DNA of 64,000 bases from Lingula anatina (GCA_051362555.1 CM120641.1:41918401-41982400), one strand, 5' to 3'; positions 1-12,912 are shown, numbered from the stretch's first letter. The notes: generated from the letters alone by a model not told the origin. Made by a program: numbers and translations.

Positions 1-1753
1 AGATGGCACCAGAGCTTTGAAGTAATGTATTATGGGTGCATTCATTATTGGATGTTACATAAGCCCCCCCCCCCTCCCTCCCCACATATAGATGTATTGG
101 TGAATGTAGGGTTTTCAAAAGAAATACAGGACACTTAAACATTCATAGAGAATGCAGGACACTTGATCTTAATGCATTAATCAGGGCACTTGGCAAACAT
201 ACAAGGGTAATCGCTGGACGTGCAATGTAGCACAAGATAGAATGTTTAGACAATATTCTGCTAGTAAAATTTTTGATCTAGTATAATAGCGTCTTGTCTT
301 CTCAAACACAATCCAGCGACATTGAATTATTGGCTTTATTTATTCCATAGGTGAAATCTGATTGCTGAGCCAGATTACTTCAATTGTATGATTTATAATG
401 AATTCGACGATTTCTTTAATCACCCTTGCTGATTGCTGCGTTTGCTTCTCAAGGTAGGTCAAAATTATCCTGTTCATTGCAATAAACTGACAACTCGCAA
501 ATGTTGCTCTACTGTACTAACCATGACCATGAAACTTCAATTTCGATGTTTATGAAAGCCGACCACATTTAACAAGATGCTCAACTATTATCACACCACG
601 CGGAAACGATATTTTTTTATCTTGCACACAATGACCATGGATACACTGGATGTAGGCTACATGTATACAGCACGTGCCCCTCCCTTCGGCAATATTCGGT
701 CCCTTTCTAATTGTCGAATAAATGGCACTTTGTTTTGGCAAATTTAAAATTAAGCATGCAGAAAAAAAAACACTCGCACACACATACATGTGCAAAACAT
801 GAAAAGAACAACACAGTTACAGCGTTTTACTCCCATAAAACTAGTAATCGAGGAAATTCGACTCATTATATTCTTCATTGTGTGTTATTAAGTCAAGTTG
901 TTCGGAAAAAACAAAGAAGCAAGAAGCGTTGTAAGGTACCGCAGATAATCTTTATTCCGGTTATTTTCTTATGACGTGTACATGCTAGTATTGCATGGGT
1001 GCATTTTTAATCAGATACTCTAACATACGGTAGCAGGCTACTGCACAGTCATCATTCATTGTATCTACAAGTACTTTTTCCTGGTAGCCCTCTGATAAAG
1101 TTGATACAGAATTTTACGGTCGGTAAAATGGTTAAAACGATTGAACGTTTTTTCCGCCTTCTATATATCCACAAAAATGCTCAGAAAATGTTTCCCCAGT
1201 TTTTTAAACTGTTGTAGAATGTGAAGAAGTTTGCAGCGCTCACTAGCATGACGTCAGAGAAGTAACACAGCTTCTGAAAGTGATGCATAATTAAACAAGT
1301 ATTAGTAAATTGAAATATCAAACACCTACATATATATATACTGTATGTGTGATTTAAAATAAAATTAAAATTCAAATACCGTCGTTTGAAAAAAGTTTGT
1401 CAACATTTTGTCATGATTAAGAAAAAACTGACTGGCTGTCTGACTACACTCATTCTCATTATATGGGTCCATGTGACAATTGATTTTATTTTATTAAAAC
1501 AAAACGAGTAGGAGAATTGTTTTTCCAAGTGGAATTTTACTAACATCAGTCTAGCAACTTAAATCACTAAAAAAAGTATTACTACATTTTTCAGTTCTCA
1601 CACAAATATACATAAACGGACTAAATTTTAAACCGTCGTTAATTTCGGTATCCCCAATGCACCTATTTATTGAGAATAAGCGTTTGCATTAAAATGAAAA
1701 AACCTCAAATCATTAAAGTATTTGTCTATGTATACTTTACCTACATTTTGGTA

Positions 1754-4700
1754 TTATACTATCACTGGGGGTTCAGTAGTTTTGATGGAATCGGTACACG
1801 TCCACAGGCCATCTACAAGCTGGCACTGGCTTCTTACACCACATGGACTCTGTATTTCCTCTATTTGGTTCGGTTCCACACACATGTACCAATGAGTACA
1901 GTTACGAGAGGCCCATGTGTCCCCTAACTGAAAGATACAGGTGTATTACAGGTCAAGCAGTGTGGAATTTTTGGAAGTTTATCGTTTTAGCACTATTGTA
2001 CATGTAAGGTGTCCACTGCGCATTATGAGATGTCCAGGCCCGACTGATGTGTAAAAGAGCTGATAATCGGTCATTAAGTATTTTACAAGGCCAAGGCTCT
2101 ATCTTGCAATGGCGAAAAATCTTCTTTTTTTTAATATTCTTAGGTCAGTTTGGCCACAAGGCCAGCCGGTCGGTCTAACGCCTTTTAAAACATACATGGA
2201 CATATTAGAGAGCTAAAGTGTTTTTTGTGTGTGTGTACGGAGAGGGCGTGGAACTGGTTTAATGAGAGGTGTTCATGGCATATATCGCGAGAGGGTGACA
2301 GAGTATTATTTGACATACATACCGAGAAAAAATACAGTCATTTCTTCCTAAAACACCCCTAAAACCGAATAAAGTGACCCTATATCACGCTCTAGAGATG
2401 TTATACAGAATAAACTCGTCCACGTGCTCTGGTCACCTCCCGATATGTGTAGTGATCCGTTAATTAGAACTGATAGTCTTCTAAATTTGCATACATCAGA
2501 TATGTATATATTTGTACGTTTAATTATTCAAATGTACATAGACATGACATGTTGCATGGCAGTTTAAGAGAAGTTCATTTAAAATGCAAATCAAGATTTA
2601 ATTAAAATGTATCTACAATTAAGTTAATGTACATAGCCATGGCATGTTTCATGACAGTTACGAAAGCTAATTTGAAATGCAAATTAAGATAGAGTATAAA
2701 GGAGAGACTTACAGACTGAGAGAGTGAGAGATAGTTATAGATACGGTAGAAGAGACCTGAGTCTTCAGGCGCTTGAATAAACCATGTAACAGAAAACTAC
2801 TCCTGCTTGTCTCAGTTGTCTTATTGGTGAAAAAGTAACTTAAAGAAAGTGTATAACCACCGACCGGTTATTACAAATGGCGAGCTCCCAGGTTTCACCT
2901 TAAGCAGCTGAGACAGAAAGGCAGTTTATAGTCAAGATGCTATATGAAGACGAGGACCAGTATGAAGACCCAGACATCTACAGCAGGCTGTTAGATTGTC
3001 TGGGTGGAATCAGTAGTGTTCTGAAGACGCAGGAAACAAGCAAAGAAGATGTATTTTTATTGTCAAACTCCCTCGCAAATTTGTGGGAAGTAATGAAAGA
3101 AGAAACAACAGAGTATGCCAACGGAAACAAACTATCTTTCGAAGCAATGATAAACAGCATTCAGATGGAAATGGGGCAGGAAAGCAAAATGGATGATGAT
3201 GACAGCTGTGATGAAGAAACCGTAACACGTAAAGAAGTTAGAGAGGTGATCCGGAGCAATGAGGTTGTGATAAGCGGTGTTGCTAACAAATCTCCAAAAG
3301 AAGAATTCCCTGGTGCCGAGATGTTGCAGCTCCCCGATGGAGGCAACGATGATGTAGTCAGTGACGTTCCTGACAAAGGAAAATCTCCCGAATTTGAGAT
3401 TTTGAAATCCCATATGACCAGTGGTGATTCTGATGTATTTAAGTCCCCGAATACAGAAATGTTGCAGTTTCCTGATGAAGAGAGGTCGTCGCCCGCTGAT
3501 GATGAGATGTTGAAGTTTCCCTTTGATAAGATGATGAAAACCCCTGATGTTGAAATGCTGCGTATTGAAGAAATAGCCACCAATAAGACCAAACTGATCG
3601 AAAATGGGTGTTACCATGAAAACAACGAAGAAAATGACGAACACGTGAAGGAAAAGATTGAGCAAAAGATATGCTATAAGGACAATAACGGAAATGATGA
3701 ACAAGTAATGGAAAAGGAAAAACTGCATGTTGGAGAAATGGATACTGATAAGGCCAAACTAAGTAAAAACATGTGTTACCATAAGGACAATGAAAAAAAT
3801 GACGAACAAGTGAAGGACAGGATTGAGCTGCGTACTGAGGAAAGGGACAATGATATGGTGAATTTGAATATACTTGCTTATTACAAGGATAAAGACAGAA
3901 ATGAAAAACAAGGAAAGAAAACAGATGACTTGCTTGATGCGTTAGAAAGAACTGAAAAACTTAACTTGAACTTGAAAGGTACAGAGAAATGGAGGTACCC
4001 ACCTCATTGCAAACTAAGGCATTTTTTTTTTAATAAGTAAGTTGTCCATGAGTGATTTTTAATAATTCTTTTTTTTCTTTTAATCAATGTATAGAAAAAT
4101 GGAGGTATCCACTTCACTAGAATTTTTTTCAATAAGGTTAGTAAATTGTCCAAAGATTGTTTTTCATAAAACGTTCTGTTAATTATTGTATGTCACATTT
4201 TCCTTTATTTGCATTTGAAATTTCTAAAATGCATACCCTTTGTGAAAGATAAGTTCTTACATTGTCAAATGTGTACTAAATATTGATTTGATTTGATTTG
4301 AGTAAAATGTGTAAAGCAGTCTTATAATTATATTTAAATGGGTTTGTATGTCTATGCAAAGCTAAAGTATGTTTAAAAGTCCTTAAATGCTTATGTGAAG
4401 CTATAATTGTTTTATTATTGTTGAAACTGTTAAATATTGGTTAAATTTGATTAGAAGATGTTCATGTACTTTGTATTATAGCTTAACATTCTATCAATTA
4501 CAGTGTATAAATAGGTGTCGGTGAAATAGGTTTTAAAAAAATTAAGTTCCTTAATTTTTTTTTTTTTGGTAAAAAAGGGAGATATATGTGTAGTGATCCG
4601 TTAATTAGAACTGATAGTCTTCTAAATTTGCATACATCAGATATGTATATATTTGTACGTTTAATTATTCAAATGTACATAGACATGACATGTTGCATGG

Positions 4701-7700
4701 CAGTTTAAGAGAAGTTCATTTAAAATGCAAATCAAGATTTAATTAAAATGTATCTACAATTAAGTTAATGTACATAGCCATGGCATGTTTCATGACAGTT
4801 ACGAAAGCTAATTTGAAATGCAAATTAAGATAGAGTATAAAGGAGAGACTTACAGACTGAGAGAGTGAGAGATAGTTATAGATACGGTAGAAGAGACCTG
4901 AGTCTTCAGGCGCTTGAATAAACCATGTAACAGAAAACTACTCCTGCTTGTCTCAGTTGTCTTATTGGTGAAAAAGTAACTTAAAGAAAGTGTATAACCA
5001 CCGACCGGTTATTACACCGCCAAATTCTTACGTAATGTCTGACCAATTTGGTCAATTTTTGCTAAATACTTGTCGTGGACATTCAACTGTCTTGAGAAGT
5101 ATTTAATCAACCGTCGACACTGACCATGCACGTCTCAGCTGAGCCACACCTAGCTGGGACTGCAGCGGAAACAAGGTCCCAAGGCAAAACCTCTACTTTT
5201 TAGTGACATTTCTGATAAAAAAAGGAGCGTCGGACCGAAATATAGTCAAACTAATTTTTCACAAGTGCAAAGGAGAAAGAAATGTACTTTTTGGTGATAT
5301 TTCTGACAACGAGGCAGTTTCGGAATAGATTCAAAATCGACGGATGTTTATTACAAGTTCACGGGAGTAATAATTCTATTTTTTTCTTATTATTTCTGAC
5401 GACGAGGCGGTTACGGGATATAGTCAAAATCAAACGGATGTTTATTTCAAGTCCACAGGAGTAATAATTCTACGTTTTGGTGACATTTTATTACTACGAG
5501 GCGGTTTCGGAATATACATGTGCTGGTTTTCAGAGCATTCATGTGCTACATGTAAATACAAGTTCAAAGGGGGAATACATGAACAGCTTAAAAACAAAAG
5601 AATGAACAGCTTAAAAACAAAAGGTAAATAACACAACCCTCGTTAAAAAGTTATAGATTTACAAATAATTTGTATGCACGTGTGGCTTAAATGTAAACTA
5701 ATTCCCGTTTTCAAACCATACCCATATGATATGACTTAGTGTAATAAAATGATAAATAATAATTGTTAAACGTGAAAAGTTTATGCTAATTTTTCAAGAG
5801 CGTGAGAGATTTTAAATTTGTCTACTGGTACATGTAGGTATATAACGCAAGCAACGTCACTATTCTCTTGATGCCAAGAAGGTCACATGATCACTCTGTC
5901 TTTGGCTTCCAGCATTTTAAGAGACCTCGACTGATTTAACCAAGATGTAGTCGTGAAATGCTAGACTACATCGAGGTTAAATCCGAGTTTTCCGAGAGAC
6001 GCTACGCAGAAATGTCGAGTGAAGCGAGACATTTTTGGGTAGCGGCTTGAGGTTGCCCTCGATCTTCACTGAAGCTTGCCTAAATGGACAGGCTTCAGTG
6101 ATCATCATATCGCCACGGTCATATAACATCCCTAGGTATGTATAATTAAGATTACCTGATGGTAGCCACCCGTTGCATCCTCACAACCACAACGGTCCAG
6201 AGGAACACACAGATGTCCACTACGGACGTACCCAGCCAAACACTCGCACCCCTCTTGGGAGGCACATTGCTCGGAGCCCGAGGGGTTGACACAAGAGGCT
6301 GGACAACTAGTCATGCTTGCATTATAACGCATGTTGTATCCCTTCGCATCACACCCATGCAGCGCTATTCAAGAAAATAGAGAAAATATTACCAAGATAT
6401 GTAAAAAAGACCAACAAGATCGAGTTATCTTATCAATTTCTGAACCAGAACAGGAAAGAATAAACAAATCAAACGGCCTTAGATCTCCGAAAATAGATAT
6501 TGAAAGAATTCAGTGCACGCTGTATATTATTATCTCTATACCTATCACATACGCATTTTATCAAACTACTTGCTAATGAAGTTAGAACCAGCAGGTCTGC
6601 ATAATTTACTGGTTTTTGTCGTGTTATTTTACATGTACACATTGTGACAAATTGATGACTAAATGACAGCTATAACTGATAAACGTACGGCAATCGGTTA
6701 CTTCTCTCCAAGCTCCAGGGAATACCCCGAGTCCTGCTTCTTCGCATGCTTTAGCATACGTCTCAATGATACCACACGCCACCTCATGCTGAACCTGTAT
6801 TCGGAGAGAAAAATCTGTAATGGTTTCTAAGCATTCAAAATTCATTTTCCATATTTATTTATTTTGAGCTTAATCCCTAAAATCAATAAAATTAAATTAA
6901 TTTTGATGCGTAGACTTTGTTGCATTAAAAAATATAACAACCTTTATTCATCAATGAATCTCATGTTAAAATAAGTTAACCTACCTCTGGCAATGTCGCT
7001 TCATCTCCGGAGGCTGAGCAAACATCAATTGCACAGGATACGTAGTACTCTTCGGAATTCACGAGTGGACTTGCGGCACAATTGCCAAACACGCCTTCAA
7101 CGTTTTGTATGACGTCACAGAGGATCTTTTCATCACAGTCCCTTTGCTCTGAAGAAGCTTGGCGCTTGCGTCTCCTCCCACCTGGTGCCTGGCATCTGTG
7201 TAAAAGGGAAAAAAAACGATGTGACGGGTTCTGTTTTCACCAAGTTTCTGAACAAATGCAACAGCAAATCAAACTGTTCAGCATGATGTGTGGTTCGGTC
7301 CTGAAGCAGCATAACATGTGCAACAAATGCCCCTTTAAAGTTTCAAATACCTGGGGAATCGTTTCATATTTCCCGAAACTGATATTTGAATGGATATTTT
7401 CTGATTTTTTTCTGTAACATCATAGCTCGTTTTCGGCAACCCATCGAAATAACTGCGCGCGCAGCAATAATGCACCATACATGACAGATAAGTCAATTTA
7501 CGACCAGAGATATGAAACAGTAATCCACGCTCTCTTCAAATGTTATTTCAAACTCACATAATGTTACATTTAGCTTGTTGCATATGTTCATGGGTCTGTT
7601 TTCATGACATTGATATAATTGATCAAACTGATAAAATTTCAAACCTACGTAAACGATTTTAAGAATGAATGACAAGACTGAAATTTATTACGATTTTATT

Positions 7701-10565
7701 AATTTCATAAATCTTACTCCGGCCCAAGACTGGGATCAGGAACCAGCCAACTCTCTCCAATCTGGTCGAACATGCCCTGGGTTTGTGGCGTTGGGGACCA
7801 GAAATCACCGTCCTCATAGAGATAGCCCACATACGTCCCGTCCTTCAGAGAGTAGTCATCGTCTTTGTTTCCATTGCAGGTACCACACATGCCACACAAC
7901 ATTCCTCTGTAAGTCCCGGGGATACATATGTTAACTATAAAGCGTCCATGAGTGTTGATTTGTCCCCATGTGATGGTAATGCCGAACTCAAATTCGAAAA
8001 CAAGGTGGTTGCCAACATAAACAGATATGCTGACGCATCTTCCTGCATTGCACACTTCGATAGGGTCGCCGCCATAAAAGATTAGTTCCCAGTCTTCCGA
8101 CTGAAACGTATGATAAATCTAACGTTGAGTACACATGAGAATATTATTAAAACAAACTTTACTCAAATATAACGAATGTTCTATATTTCTTCAATAAAAT
8201 ATCCCGAAAAACCGCGCCTTTAAAATTACCAAGTTTCAGACAAACAATAATAATAAAGAGTACAGAGTACAGTGTTTCTGAAAAAATGACTGACAAAGAT
8301 GATGCCCAGCTGTCATCTGATTTTAGGATATGATGGTGGTTACACTTTGACATAAAAATGGGCTGCAACACTGCGGGTGTAAAAATTATGTACCACTATG
8401 GATTCTTGTCATCCTTTCAATATGTAACTTATGAATAACACTTTTGGGAGGTGCCTGCATCTTCACCATATTGACAATTGCGTAAGTGAATATGCCGCTG
8501 CTGCACTTGTGGTCCCATAAAAGGAAAGGCCCCGGTGATTGTAATATTTTTTACATGAACTATTCTTACGTGATAGATTTAGTTTGTATAAAACAACAAT
8601 TAAACAGGTTTACATTATTTGGCCACACGGTATTGTGTTTGATTAAAAGCTGTTGTTACGTTGCGCTTACCACAGAGTCAAACTTATAAGCTTTTGATGG
8701 GCCGAATGGATTGCCTTCTACAGCTGGTGGGTCTCCTTGGCCAAGCTTGAATTTCATTTCAAAAACGTCAATGTAGATTTCCTTTGGCCAAGAACGTTCC
8801 GAGTTAAAGTAGGGATCGACGTAGTTGATTCCGTCAATGTTAAACTCGGTAAGTTCCGGGTGAATTGCCGAATCGAAACACGTCTTGGTGATGGTGTACC
8901 TGCATGCACCTTTTTGGGGGAAAAAGTATCACATTTCAAAATCATTCAGACTTTATTATACATATGAATTCATGTTGTATCACACCACATAGTAAGTCCA
9001 TTAGTTACACGGTTGTCTGGTGGAAAAGACGAGTGATATACCAGTGGCGGATTTAGAGAGGGGTCAGGGGGATCCTGGATCCGCTCCTGTATATGTGGAA
9101 CGTTGCACGCAAACCTATGTAAAATTATATTTGTAGAGCTATCTTGTATTGTACGTTTTGTAGGATGTTTCCAGCTATTTCTCATAATACATGTATATGG
9201 GTTGTTTAATTTGAAGTACCTCACCTTGAAAATGGATTGCATTGTCATCATGTGTGTGATAATGTGGATCTCCCGATACATAACAGCAACATCTATCTGC
9301 AAAGTAAATACATGCGACGCCCTTAGAATTTTACACAAAAATGGTATTTTATTGTAAACAAACGGCGACAAGTTAACTTTCTCACAGCAGAGGAAGGCAA
9401 GTGTGTAATTCATTTCTAAAAAAACCCTTACCCCCATGCCGTCTAAAAATGGAATTTATTCAGTTAAAGTTAGAAAAATGCTGAAAAGAAATTTATTCCA
9501 AAAGTAAAGGACTACAAAACGTGAAAGTGCATTACAACTACAGATAATAACGAACATATGGTCACCTACCGGGGCGGCAGTCCACGTTACTGCAATAGTC
9601 TTGAGTGAGGAGGTCTTGGTTCCAGCAATTGTAATCAGCACACGGCATGTCAAACCCCGTGCGAGATGTGTCACACTGGATAAAACGTTTACAGCTCAGC
9701 GGATGGGCAAAATAGTACTGATCTGATGGACCCTCTGAGCATATGAAATCTAAAAGTAGAAGTAAATGTATGTCTTGTCAAAACAACTTTTCCTTTCAAA
9801 TGGTGCCAAAACTCAAATTTTAACATAAAAGTTGTGGAGATCATTAACAAATCTACTAATTTCTATGAAATTGGCCTGTAAATGGGCCAAATTCGACAAT
9901 TTGGTATATTAACCCAAGAAAAAATACAAACAAATGACCAAAAGTATTTATATTCTTTATTCCATTGCCATCGTAAATACTCGCCAAGTTGTTCTTGTGT
10001 GAGAGCCTCTGTCGTCACGAGAAGACACAAGAGAGCTACAACACCAACTGAAAGCCATACGGTTCCTGCACAAAAAGGAGGAATATTTGAGTTACGTCAT
10101 GATAACACCTTTCAGTGATCAATAAAGCAAACTTTGACTTTTATCCAAAGATATTTGAAATATAAGTCTAATTTGTTATATCTAATCATAACGCATATGC
10201 CCATACCATGAAGTAGGCCCTAATATTTGGTAAAGTTATACTGAAATACGCTCTACTGGATAGTCTTATCCAGTCGTAGGTCAATGATCCCAGTTTCGAG
10301 CTGAATATATCCCCCAGATGACCACACCCAAAGTCAATATTTGTAAATAATAATAAAAAAAAAATAATAATAATAATTCAATCTAACTGAAATCTATGAA
10401 TCAAAATATGGGTATATTTTAAACTGAACTCTATTGACGGCAGGGCTAGAGCTGTTCTTAAAATTGTTCGCTTAAAGCACAAAGAAGTACTTATTTCCAC
10501 TTTACGGCTGATTCTACGTACCTACAGTACATTGCCACCATAAAATAATTATAGCACTTACCCAT
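1754..10565 (-). CDS. Paralogue A: secreted CBM14-VWD-C8-TIL-TILa protein (FCGBP/zonadhesin-like single D assembly), ~552 aa, 10 exons
   Basis: Manual splice: 10565-10562, 10065-9985, 9749-9570, 9296-9225, 8909-8671, 8100-7718, 7195-6985, 6794-6689, 6364-6156, 1927-1754; total 1659 nt, in frame, ends TAA. Signal peptide MGTVWLSVGVVALLCLLVTTEA; CBM14-like YFAHPLSCKRFIQC..MPC..CWNQDLL; SGDPHYHT and LCGMCGTCNGNKDDD (VWD); GRRRKRQ; C8 (YYVSCAIDVC..CGIIETYAKAC..WR); TIL (CPASC..EGCECLAGYVRSGHLCVP). The intron 2 donor is GC. Confidence 0.88.
2446..2875 (+). repeat. 5' LTR (430 bp)
   Basis: Identical to 4587-5016; TATAAA at 2695-2700 and AATAAA at 2776-2781. Confidence 0.93.
2937..4040 (+). CDS. 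Orphan acidic, internally repetitive 367-aa ORF of the LTR element
   Basis: Uninterrupted ATG-TAA ORF starting about 60 nt after the 5' LTR. E/D/K-rich, with repeats P..EMLQ(L/F)PD and CY(H/K)..N..NDE(Q/H)V. No recognisable Gag CCHC or Pol motif. Confidence 0.6.
   Translation: MLYEDEDQYEDPDIYSRLLDCLGGISSVLKTQETSKEDVFLLSNSLANLWEVMKEETTEYANGNKLSFEAMINSIQMEMGQESKMDDDDSCDEETVTRKEVREVIRSNEVVISGVANKSPKEEFPGAEMLQLPDGGNDDVVSDVPDKGKSPEFEILKSHMTSGDSDVFKSPNTEMLQFPDEERSSPADDEMLKFPFDKMMKTPDVEMLRIEEIATNKTKLIENGCYHENNEENDEHVKEKIEQKICYKDNNGNDEQVMEKEKLHVGEMDTDKAKLSKNMCYHKDNEKNDEQVKDRIELRTEERDNDMVNLNILAYYKDKDRNEKQGKKTDDLLDALERTEKLNLNLKGTEKWRYPPHCKLRHFFFNK
4587..5016 (+). repeat. 3' LTR (430 bp)
   Basis: Identical to 2446-2875 and preceded by the PPT. 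Confidence 0.93.
5200..5517. repeat. ~90-bp degenerate tandem repeat, ~3.5 copies
   Basis: Recurring TGA(C/T)ATTTCTGAC..CGAGGC.GTT.CGG.ATA..CAAAATC..CGGATGTTTATT.CAAGT.CAC.GGAGTAATAATTCTA. Confidence 0.75.
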
Positions 10566-10760
10566 TTTGACTACCATGTCCAGGCCTGGATATGTTTTTC
10601 ATCGCCGACACTGTGTATTTATACGTTTGCTGAACTGCGCAAAAAAATCAAGTGATCTTGATATCCAATTCTGGCCGGTTTGATATATGATAGGCGTTTG
10701 CAAAAATTGAAAGTTTGTTATCAAGTAAATTACCTAGTTAACATAACTAATCAACATCAG
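10566..10760 (-). promoter_or_regulatory. TATA promoter/5'UTR of gene A
   Basis: TTTATA at 10618-10623 (TATAAA on minus); nearly identical to the B block. Confidence 0.75.
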
Positions 10761-12877
10761 TTAAGTTGATGGTTTTTGTTTATGGTACTCTTGGAATATT
10801 TTTCATCAATGTATTTATATTCATTGATCTTAACATTTTCAAGGGACATGAAGTATCACTTAGCGACCACCGTAAATAAAATCTAAAGTCAGAACAGTAG
10901 TGTACTACCAGCTACTATAACCTGAAGTAAATTTCGGTTAAATAATATACTGAAATTTTAAAATGCCAGTTTCCGTGTGTTTCTGTGTGGTTTATCCACT
11001 TAGTTCTTGACAACACTAGTTACTTCCCCCTTTAGACATAAATTGTATACTGTAATACTCACTTGTCCTTGGTAAAGTACAGTTGTTCTTTTATTGATTC
11101 ATAATTGTGAAGTGTTTATCACGCCCTCCAGGCAAACCCAACGAGCTGTATCATACGTTGTCTGGGTAGATACCGTGCAGTGGCATATCCAGGCATATCG
11201 AGGGGGGAGGGGTGGGGGTGTGGCAGAAGGATAAGAACAAATTTGGCAAATATAAACCAATAGACGAGCACATTCAAGCTATAATATGCAAGTCACAGAG
11301 GTGGTAGTTGCTTTTTTGTTTTGTTTCTCTAGATATATACCAGTATATATTTGGGGAACAGGGAGAAAGGAGACAAAGGATACCTCCGCAGCGTTAGGGG
11401 TGGACACGTACGGTTCCGTGGTGCCCATCCCTGGATCTACTGCTGCGTCATGTGAACATTCGATCCGCAGCGTTGAATACTAATTAAGCCGTATTCAACG
11501 TACTGTATAAAACGTTGTCTGAGTAGAATCCATGTTTTTGGTTAATTTGACATCCCTGTTTTTTTCACGCAGACAAATAGATTTATTGACTTGTTTTTGA
11601 AGCTCTCATCTTACAAATTTGCAATTCAATCGCATAGACATAAATCAGCATCTTATAATCAAAAAATAATTCAACACTTCATTTATTTCAAGGACGTGAA
11701 TATTCACGTCCTTAGTTATTTTAAATATTACCCCAAGATAAACCACATAAACTTCCATGTTAAGTAGATAGAAATTTAGCTGATCTTTGAAAAATACACA
11801 TTCAAAACGTACTTGCAAATGAAATAGACAGTAGGTCGGCAACGAACCAGGAGAAATTTTAATTTAACCAACTTGTCAAGTGCGCAACATTACATGAGCA
11901 TATTTATATTTTGAACATAAATCATTAAATCAAGCTGCTGTAAAATTTAAAGTAACGGTTTCATTAACCACAAATTAGAAGTTTTATGTCAAATTCAAAT
12001 AAACAAACGGTAGAAAGGTATTGAGTTAAATTTCTCTTTGAAGTCGAAAATTGCGCAATGGTTGTAGTTTGTAATAAGGAAAGGCGAAAAATATATTTAT
12101 TTTTTGGTTGGTTGATTGCACAATCAAAAAAGTATATTTCTATTATGTTGATAACAGCTGGACTGGACGTAATGAAAAGCTTTAAATATCAAGTTTTAGA
12201 AGGCGTGAGCCAATGCATTAAGAGATTGCCAAATAAGGGAATGTCAAATACTTAATCGACCAAAAAAGAAAGATTTATAGATCTCACAAAAGACGCTGCG
12301 AGGAGCAAGTTTAGACGCGTGATCAGTGCAAACGGAAACGGATATCGAAACCTCTGCAACAGTCGTTTGCTGTAAATAGTTATATGAAACTGGTCTCATG
12401 AATTTTCTTTCATTGCTCACCCTACTAAATAGTTGTGTAAGCGAATGTGAGAGACACAGATCTAGTTGTTAATCGGTGAGAATTTTATCATTACACAGTG
12501 ATTTTAGATCTTATTTTATAAGGGACTATGTAAAGTTGTTATTTGTTGTATTAGTATTGGTATATGAAGGTATTCTATACAGATATATTTTTGATATTTT
12601 TATTTTTGATAGTTAGATCCTGTTAGATCAATCTAGGTATGGGAATATTAACCCTGTCTTTGTAACTTTAGATAATATTTCACACCTAGCAGTGCAAATT
12701 TAATGTCCTTTGTTTCAAGCTAGTGTTCTGTTAGAGCTTGATTACATGGAATATTTGGGAGTGCCCACAATGAGTGGGCGGGCTTGTGTTTGAAGTAACG
12801 AATCTCTTTATAAGTTATGTGATTTACAATTTAATTGATGAAGTTTAGCATGAAAATATTTTAACTTTAAATTTTAA

Positions 12878-12912
12878 GAGAGAGAGAGAGAGAGAGAGAG
12901 GGGGAGAGAGAG
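12878..12912. repeat. (GA)n microsatellite
   Basis: Read directly. Confidence 0.9.

Larger units (their letters stand above)
2446..5016 (+). mobile_element. Non-autonomous LTR retroelement (~2.57 kb) in the last intron of gene A
   Basis: Two 430-bp direct repeats TG...CA (2446-2875, 4587-5016), identical by eye. PBS TGGCGAGCTCCCAGG at 2878 (resembles tRNA-Arg-type PBS). Polypurine tract AAAAAAGGGAGA at 4571-4582. No protease, RT or integrase motifs inside. Confidence 0.92.

Noticed and set aside
1670-1927. Plus-strand ORF similar to ORF 15850-16089
   Set aside because: Both are antisense shadows of exon 10 of genes A and B.
2878-2895. tRNA-like sequence
   Set aside because: Only the primer-binding site of the LTR element; there is no cloverleaf.
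3132-3728. 198-aa hydrophobic minus-strand ORF (and overlapping 2978-3592 ORFs)
   Set aside because: Antisense to the purine-rich LTR ORF; the hydrophobicity follows from complementing GAA/AAA codons.
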